The notes under the pieces: generated by a model
What the model was told of the DNA's origin: nothing
Databases searched by the model: none
What the model saw: only the letters and a program-made list of their open reading frames with translations
Program-made: the position numbers and the translations under genes
NCBI GenBank assembly: GCA_947629905.1
Contig: CANRFM010000008.1
Coordinates: forward strand, 5,811 to 69,810
Direction of reading: 5' to 3'
DNA from: an uncultured Clostridia bacterium
GTDB taxonomy: Bacteria; Bacillota; Clostridia; Oscillospirales; Ruminococcaceae
DNA: 64,000 nt
Shown: piece after piece, positions 58,826 through 64,000 of the stretch
How positions within the stretch are numbered: the stretch's first letter is position 1
How the letters are laid out: every line of letters starts with the position of its first letter

Positions 58826-60025
58826 ATGCTGATTTTAGTTGTAAACGCCGGGAGTTCCTCTCTCAAGTACCAGCTTCTGAACATGGACGATGAGAGCGTA
58901 CTTGCCAAGGGCAACTGCGACCGTATCGGAATTGACGGTCATATCGCCCACAAAACGGCGGACGGCAGGGAATTTGCTGCCGACTGTGCTTTCCCGACAC
59001 ACACCGAAGCTTTCATGAAGCTTGTGGAGGTGCTCACCACCGGAGATGCCGCTGTCATCAAGGACATGAGCGAGATCGCCGCTGTCGGGCACCGCATCGT
59101 ACAAGGTGCGGAACTGTTCTCCGAAACGACGCTCGTCACGGACGAGATCATTGACAAGATCGATGAACTCCGGGAACTTGCACCGGTGCATAACCATGCA
59201 CACGCCCTTGCGCTGCGTGCCTGCAAATCTGTTCTCCCCGCAGGTGTACCGCAGGCGGCTGTATTTGACACGGCATTCCACCAGACCATGCCGGAAAAGG
59301 CATATATGTACGGTCTGCCCTACGAGGACTATGAACAGTATCATGTCCGCAAGTACGGTTTCCACGGCACTTCTCACCGTTTTGTCTCCGCTGCCCTTGC
59401 CAAGGCAATGGGGAAAGACCCGAAAGAGCTCAAGATCGTTTCCTGTCATCTCGGCAACGGCTCATCCATTACCGCAGTGGACGGCGGCAAGTCCGTTGAC
59501 ACGACCATGGGCTTCACACCGCTCGACGGTCTGCTGATGGGAACAAGAACGGGTGCGCTCGACCCGTCTGCCGTAACTTACATTATGGAAAAGCACGGCT
59601 TCACGCCGGAGGAAATGTCCGACTACATGAACAAGAAGTCCGGTTTCCTCGGGGTTTCCGGTGTCGGCTCGGATAACCGGGATGTTTCCGCCGCTGCGAG
59701 TGAGGGCAATGCACGGGCGCAGCTCACAAAGGATATGCTTGTCTACCAGATCAAGAAGTACATCGGCGCTTTTGCCGCTGCCATGAATGGGCTCGATGCA
59801 GTCCTCTTTACAGGCGGTATCGGTGAAAATGCACCGGATGTCCGTGAGGCTGTCTGCTCCGATATGGACGTGCTCGGCATCCAGATAGACACGGTAGCCA
59901 ATGCCGGGGTACGGGGCAAGCTGGCGAAGATCTCGCAGTCGGATTCCAAGGTCGATGTCTGGGTCGTACCCACCAACGAGGAACTGCTGATCGCAAGAGA
60001 CACGCTGGCACTCATCACAAAGTAA
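58826..60025 (+). CDS. ackA: Acetate kinase
   Basis: Motifs are LVVNAGSSSLKYQL, HRIVQG, GFHGTSH and FTGGIGEN. Confidence 0.95.
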   Translation: MLILVVNAGSSSLKYQLLNMDDESVLAKGNCDRIGIDGHIAHKTADGREFAADCAFPTHTEAFMKLVEVLTTGDAAVIKDMSEIAAVGHRIVQGAELFSETTLVTDEIIDKIDELRELAPVHNHAHALALRACKSVLPAGVPQAAVFDTAFHQTMPEKAYMYGLPYEDYEQYHVRKYGFHGTSHRFVSAALAKAMGKDPKELKIVSCHLGNGSSITAVDGGKSVDTTMGFTPLDGLLMGTRTGALDPSAVTYIMEKHGFTPEEMSDYMNKKSGFLGVSGVGSDNRDVSAAASEGNARAQLTKDMLVYQIKKYIGAFAAAMNGLDAVLFTGGIGENAPDVREAVCSDMDVLGIQIDTVANAGVRGKLAKISQSDSKVDVWVVPTNEELLIARDTLALITK

Positions 60026-60032
60026 GAGCTTC

Positions 60033-60062
60033 GGAGGGGGCTTATCAGTCCCCTCTTTTCTA
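60033..60062 (+). terminator. Rho-independent terminator after ackA
   Basis: gagggggct-tatc-agtcccctc is followed by ttttctatt. Confidence 0.65.
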
Positions 60063-60114
60063 TTATAACAGACTTTGGGCAGAATTGCAAGTATATTTAT
60101 TGAGGATGATAGGT

Positions 60115-60504
60115 ATGGAGCATTTGATGGAATATGCCCGCCGGGCAAGGGAACAGGCTTACTGCCCGTATTCGCATTTTGCGGTAGGGGCTGCGCTGCT
60201 GACGGCGGACGGAACGATTTACACGGGCTGCAATATTGAGAACGCCTCGTATTCCTTGGGGGTATGTGCGGAGCGGACTGCCGTGTTTAAGGCAGTTTCA
60301 GAGGGGAAGCGGAACTTCTTGGCAATTGCCGTCTGCGGTGCGCCCGAGGGGGAAAGCCCGGACAAGCCCTGCATCCCCTGCGGTGCCTGCCTACAGGTGC
60401 TATCGCAATTCTGCGGGGAGGATTTCCCGGTCATCCTCTCGGACGGGGTGCATCCCCTGAAAGCATTCCTCCCGGTACGCTTTACCATGCAAGAACAGGA
60501 GTAA
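60115..60504 (+). CDS. cdd: Cytidine deaminase
   Basis: Motifs are CPYSHFAVGAALL, NIENASY, CAERTAVF and PCGACLQVL. Confidence 0.85.
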   Translation: MEHLMEYARRAREQAYCPYSHFAVGAALLTADGTIYTGCNIENASYSLGVCAERTAVFKAVSEGKRNFLAIAVCGAPEGESPDKPCIPCGACLQVLSQFCGEDFPVILSDGVHPLKAFLPVRFTMQEQE

Positions 60505-60508
60505 CCAT

Positions 60509-61780
60509 ATGAAATTGAAATACCAACGATATGTCCGCATCGGGCTGACAGGATTTGGCATCGTGGCGGCGGGGCTGCTGTTCTTCTTCCTGCTGTTCCG
60601 CTTTGCAGAGGTGAAAGCAGCGCTAAGCTCTGTCATGGGCATTGTCACGCCGTTTATTTACGGGGCAGTGATCGCCTATATCCTTGCGCCGCTGTGCAAC
60701 CGCATTGAAACCACGCTGATGAAACTGCTCCGCCTGCAAGAGCGAAAGGGTTGGATCGCTACCATTGCCATTGTCGTTTCACTGGTGCTGTTAATTGCCA
60801 TAATCTGGGTGCTGGTACTGTTAGTCATTCCGCAGGTGTGGGACAGTGTGCTCGGCATTGCGGCAGCCGTACCGGGGCAGCTTGCCTCTGCCAATAGTTG
60901 GCTGCACCGGCTTTTGCAGCAGTTCCCGGAATTGCAGACCTACTGGGATCAGGCATATCTGTATGTGACGACAGGCACGGACAGCCTGTTGAGCAAGCCG
61001 GACGGCTTAGAGGACTGGCTGAAAAACGATGTGCTCCCGAATGTCGGCACGGTAATGAGCGGCGTGGGAACGGGTGTCGCTGCCTTTTTGAATACGGTCA
61101 AGAACCTGTTCCTCGGACTGTTGATCTCCATTTATTTCCTTGCAAGCCGGAAACAGTTTGCAGCGCAGGGGAAAATGCTCCTGAGCGGCATCTTCCGTCC
61201 GCACTGGGCAGACCTCGTGGAGGAAGAGTTCCGGTATGCGGACAGGATGTTCAACGGTTTCCTCATGGGCAAGCTGTTGGATTCGGCAATTATCGGGGCG
61301 CTCTGTTTTATCGGGACGACGATTTTAGGCTTTGAATCGGCTGCTCTGATCAGCGTTGTGATCGGCGTAACGAATATCATTCCGTTTTTCGGTCCGCTCA
61401 TCGGGGCAATTCCGTGTTTGCTGCTGCTCTTGCTCGAAGACCCGATGCACGCTCTGTACTTCCTGATCTTCATCATCCTGTTGCAACAGTTAGACGGCAA
61501 TCTGATCGGTCCGAAGATCTTGGGCAATTCCACGGGGCTGTCCAGTTTCTGGGTGCTGTTCTCGATTCTGCTGTTTGGCGGATTATGGGGCTTTGTGGGA
61601 ATGCTTGTCGGTGTGCCGCTGTTTGCGGTCATCTATGACATTATCCGGAAGCTGACCTTTTACGGTCTGCACCAGCACGAACGGGCTGAAATGATCGACA
61701 CCTACAATGCAGCCTTTCACCCCGAACCGCTGCCCAAAAAGCCCCGGCAGAAGAAAGAAAAGGTAAAAAAAGCCAAATGA
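60509..61780 (+). CDS. AI-2E family transporter (UPF0118/PerM-like)
   Basis: The protein is polytopic. The conserved block reads NIIPFFGPLIGAIP...LQQLDGNLIGPKILG. Confidence 0.75.
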   Translation: MKLKYQRYVRIGLTGFGIVAAGLLFFFLLFRFAEVKAALSSVMGIVTPFIYGAVIAYILAPLCNRIETTLMKLLRLQERKGWIATIAIVVSLVLLIAIIWVLVLLVIPQVWDSVLGIAAAVPGQLASANSWLHRLLQQFPELQTYWDQAYLYVTTGTDSLLSKPDGLEDWLKNDVLPNVGTVMSGVGTGVAAFLNTVKNLFLGLLISIYFLASRKQFAAQGKMLLSGIFRPHWADLVEEEFRYADRMFNGFLMGKLLDSAIIGALCFIGTTILGFESAALISVVIGVTNIIPFFGPLIGAIPCLLLLLLEDPMHALYFLIFIILLQQLDGNLIGPKILGNSTGLSSFWVLFSILLFGGLWGFVGMLVGVPLFAVIYDIIRKLTFYGLHQHERAEMIDTYNAAFHPEPLPKKPRQKKEKVKKAK

Positions 61781-61786
61781 ATCAAG

Positions 61787-61818
61787 CCCCTGCCAGACAG
61801 ACGGCAGGGGTATTTTGC
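61787..61818 (+). terminator. Rho-independent terminator
   Basis: cccctgcc-agacagac-ggcagggg is followed by tattttgctg. Confidence 0.65.
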
Positions 61819-61854
61819 TGTCTGCCTTCTGAAATGGGCATAATTTTACACAGA

Positions 61855-61908
61855 TTTAACATAAGCTTGCTTACATCTTTACATTGTTCTGTTATGATAA
61901 ATATGTGA
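61855..61908 (+). promoter_or_regulatory. 11-bp-phased TTNACA repeats (PhoP-box-like) plus a -10 candidate upstream of the Na/Pi transporter
   Basis: TTTACA at 61855, TTAACA at 61866 and TTTACA at 61888 (offsets of 11 and 22 bp). TATGAT lies at 61903-61908. Confidence 0.3.
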
Positions 61909-61977
61909 GAGATTATCAGATTATTTTAAGATTGTTTCTGTAAAATCAGAACAGAACACCGGAAAGGCGGAATTTGT

Positions 61978-63768
61978 ATGGATGTAAAGGATGTCGTGCT
62001 TGCCTGTATCATGGTCATTGGCGGGCTGGCTTTTTTTCTGTATGGCATGAATGTCATGTCCTCCGGACTGGAGAAAATGGCAGGCGGCAAGCTCGAACAG
62101 GCGCTGAAAAAGCTCACCGCTTCGCCTTTGATCGCCCTGCTGCTTGGCACGGGCATCACCATTGTCCTGCAATCCTCTTCCTCGCTGACGGTCATGCTTG
62201 TGGGACTGGTCAACTGCGGGGTCATGGAAGTCAGTCAGACCGTCTATGTCATCATCGGGGCGAATATCGGCAAGACATTCACCACATGGCTGCTCTGCCT
62301 GATGGGTGTCAATACAGAGGGTCCGCTCTGGCTCTCCCTCCTCAACCCGGAATATTTCTCCCTGATCTTTGCGCTTATCGGAGCAGTGCTCATGATGGGC
62401 AAGAGCAGCGGCAGAAAAAAAGATACCGGCAGCATTCTGGTCGGCTTTGCCATTCTCATGTATGGCATGGTGCTGATGAAAGATGCTGTCGGACCGCTGA
62501 AAGATTCCCCGGAATTTCAGCAGCTCCTCACACGCTTTGACAACCCGATCCTCGGCGTTCTGGTGGGTACTGTCGTAACGGGCGTTATCCAGAGTTCTGC
62601 CGCTTCTGTCGGCATTCTCCAGACCCTTGCGGAAAGCACCGGAACGATCACGTTCGGCATGGCGATCCCGATCATCATGGGGCAGAACATCGGCACTTGC
62701 GTGACGGCACTCATCTCCTCGATCGGTGTCAGCAAGAACGCCCGGAAAGTCAGCGTCATCCATATTGTGTTCAATGTGATCGGTACGGTCGCACTGCTGA
62801 CTTTGTATGAAGTACTGGATATGGTGATTGGGTTTGCGTTCTCGGATTGGGTCATTGATGCGGTCGGCATTGCCATTGTACACACGATTTTCAATATCCT
62901 GACCATGCTGCTGCTCATGCCGTTTGCCAACCAGCTCGAACGGCTTGCCAACTTCATTCTCCGGGACAAAGCCGGGGAAACTGCGGAAAAGCCCAAAAAG
63001 CAGCACACCCTCCTCGACAAGCGGCTGCTCTCCACGCCGTCCGCTGCCCTTGCGGAATGCGATGATGCTTCCCGGAGAATGGCGCTCCTTGCCAAGGATA
63101 CCGTGCTGATGAGCATTTCCCTCCTCAAGGAATATGACGAAAAGGTCGAAAAGAAGGTCTACAAGAACGAGGACAAGCTTGACAGCTACGAGGACAGGAT
63201 CGGTTCTACACTGGTACAGCTCAGTGCGCAGGCGCTTTCAGAGCATGACAGCCAGATGTGTTCCCGGGTGCTGCGGGCGATCGGGGACTTTGAACGGCTC
63301 GGTGACCATGCCATCAATATTGCCCAGAGTGCCAAGGAGATCCACGAGACCGGACAGCATTTCTCCGAGGATGCCCAGAAAGAAATGGAGATCCTCACCA
63401 ATGCGATCCACGAAATTTTGGAAAACACCTATGCGGTCTATATTTCCCTCGATCAGAAAGATGCTGCCAACATCGAACCGCTCGAACAGGTCATTGACTA
63501 CCTGACGAGAGACATCAAGGCGAACCACGTCAAGCGGCTGCAAAAGGGCGTTTGCACGATCGAGACCGGCTTTGTACTGGCGGATATTCTGAACAATTAC
63601 GAACGTGTCTCCGACCACTGTTCCAATATTGCCGTTTCCGTCATTGAGACTTCGCACAATATGTTTGAAACGCACAGCTACCTCAGCAAGGTGAAATTCG
63701 GGAACAAGAACTTCAACGACAATTTTGAACGCTTCTCCGAAAAATACAAGCTCCCCGGCATGGCATAA
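61978..63768 (+). CDS. Na/Pi cotransporter family protein with C-terminal PhoU-like domains
   Basis: The N-terminal half is polytopic, with a duplicated QSSSA(S/L) motif (LQSSSSLTVMLVG, IQSSAASVGILQ). The C-terminus has ERLGDHAINIA and ERVSDHCSNIA PhoU repeats. Confidence 0.8.
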   Translation: MDVKDVVLACIMVIGGLAFFLYGMNVMSSGLEKMAGGKLEQALKKLTASPLIALLLGTGITIVLQSSSSLTVMLVGLVNCGVMEVSQTVYVIIGANIGKTFTTWLLCLMGVNTEGPLWLSLLNPEYFSLIFALIGAVLMMGKSSGRKKDTGSILVGFAILMYGMVLMKDAVGPLKDSPEFQQLLTRFDNPILGVLVGTVVTGVIQSSAASVGILQTLAESTGTITFGMAIPIIMGQNIGTCVTALISSIGVSKNARKVSVIHIVFNVIGTVALLTLYEVLDMVIGFAFSDWVIDAVGIAIVHTIFNILTMLLLMPFANQLERLANFILRDKAGETAEKPKKQHTLLDKRLLSTPSAALAECDDASRRMALLAKDTVLMSISLLKEYDEKVEKKVYKNEDKLDSYEDRIGSTLVQLSAQALSEHDSQMCSRVLRAIGDFERLGDHAINIAQSAKEIHETGQHFSEDAQKEMEILTNAIHEILENTYAVYISLDQKDAANIEPLEQVIDYLTRDIKANHVKRLQKGVCTIETGFVLADILNNYERVSDHCSNIAVSVIETSHNMFETHSYLSKVKFGNKNFNDNFERFSEKYKLPGMA

Positions 63769-63811
63769 CAAAAACAGGAACAGTCCTCCACGGGCTGTTC
63801 CTGTTATTTTT
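63769..63811. terminator. Bidirectional terminator between convergent genes
   Basis: An 11-bp stem aacaggaacag / ctgttcctgtt is flanked by aaaa and attttt. Confidence 0.7.
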
Positions 63812-64000
63812 TAGATAAAATCAGAGATCTGCACCGTATCGTCATTGAGTTTGGCAGCAATGTATTGCAGGATGATGGATACATCATCTACGGTTAATCT
63901 TCCGTCACCGTTCACATCGGCAGCCTTGAACTGTGCTTCGCTAAATTGGATTTCCCCGAAAATCTGCCCGGAAATATCCTGCAATATTGCAGAAGTATCG
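63811..64000 (-). CDS. C-terminal end of a dockerin-bearing protein (5' part outside window)
   Basis: The reverse-strand translation is ...SAILQDISGQIFGEIQFSEAQFKAADVNGDGRLTVDDVSIILQYIAAKLNDDTVQISDFI*. This is a dockerin Ca-binding repeat. It is absent from the ORF track because it is truncated by the window edge. Confidence 0.65.
   Translation of the reverse strand, partial: DTSAILQDISGQIFGEIQFSEAQFKAADVNGDGRLTVDDVSIILQYIAAKLNDDTVQISDFI

Noticed and set aside
61921-63006. 361-aa minus-strand ORF.
   Set aside because: It is antisense to the Na/Pi cotransporter gene and has a D/R/H-rich translation.
1-64000. rRNA, tRNA, tmRNA, transposase/IS and integrase genes.
   Set aside because: I recognised none on either strand. 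No T-loop GGTTCGAATCC-type motif was spotted in intergenic regions, and no DDE or tyrosine-recombinase-like ORFs are present. A tRNAscan or Rfam run could still find small RNAs I missed.

Overview
The window looks like chromosome from a Gram-positive, spore-forming Clostridia member. Dockerin modules, SpoIID and the absence of any secretin suggest a Ruminococcaceae/Oscillospiraceae-like organism, but that placement is a guess. All calls rest on motif recognition by eye, with no searches run, and start codons were chosen from SD spacing.

Layout:
- (a) 1-6065: surface and secreted proteins. These are a sortase-signal protein tail, a tandemly duplicated two-gene cassette of membrane-anchored proteins with PTEAPTE linkers plus a decayed relic copy, and a dockerin-bearing transglutaminase-like protein.
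- (b) 6103-17329: a complete Gram-positive Tad/Flp (type IVc) pilus locus. It holds a TadZ-like protein, CpaF, TadB, TadC, Flp, two TadE-like proteins, a giant 1407-aa TadG-like protein and a prepilin peptidase.
- (c) 17340-29731: contiguous with (b) on the same strand, a TPR/WG-repeat protein followed by a dense Hanks-kinase / PP2C / FHA block. It has 3 kinases, 2 phosphatases and 2 FHA proteins. Three of these proteins share an N-terminal zinc ribbon, one kinase carries about 8 PASTA repeats, and one carries a solute-binding-protein-like ectodomain.
- (d) 29987-36575: a compact phage-like packaging and head module (TerS, TerL, portal, capsid, protease and 4 small or unknown ORFs). I see no recognisable tail, lysis, integrase or replication genes.
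- (e) 36675-47363, minus strand: an almost gapless string of 11 housekeeping genes (pgsA, rimO, recX, recA, prmC, DUF1385, a two-component system, a lipoprotein, citrate synthase).
- (f) spoIID, rnr, secG, a zinc-ribbon protein, and a diguanylate cyclase with a sugar-binding-type sensor domain.
- (g) 54129-55480: a 1.35-kb non-coding region with unusually rich repeat and hairpin architecture. It has paired structured repeats, three word-swapped tandem units, and a roughly 200-bp inverted repeat around an AT-rich core.
- (h) cysK, feoA, a HAD hydrolase, tmcAL, ackA, cdd, an AI-2E transporter, a Na/Pi cotransporter, and a second dockerin-protein tail.

I recognised no rRNA, tRNA, CRISPR array or transposase.

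Best candidates for something new are the Tad locus coupled to the kinase/FHA block (including the giant protein), the tail-less phage-like module, and the non-coding foldback/repeat region.
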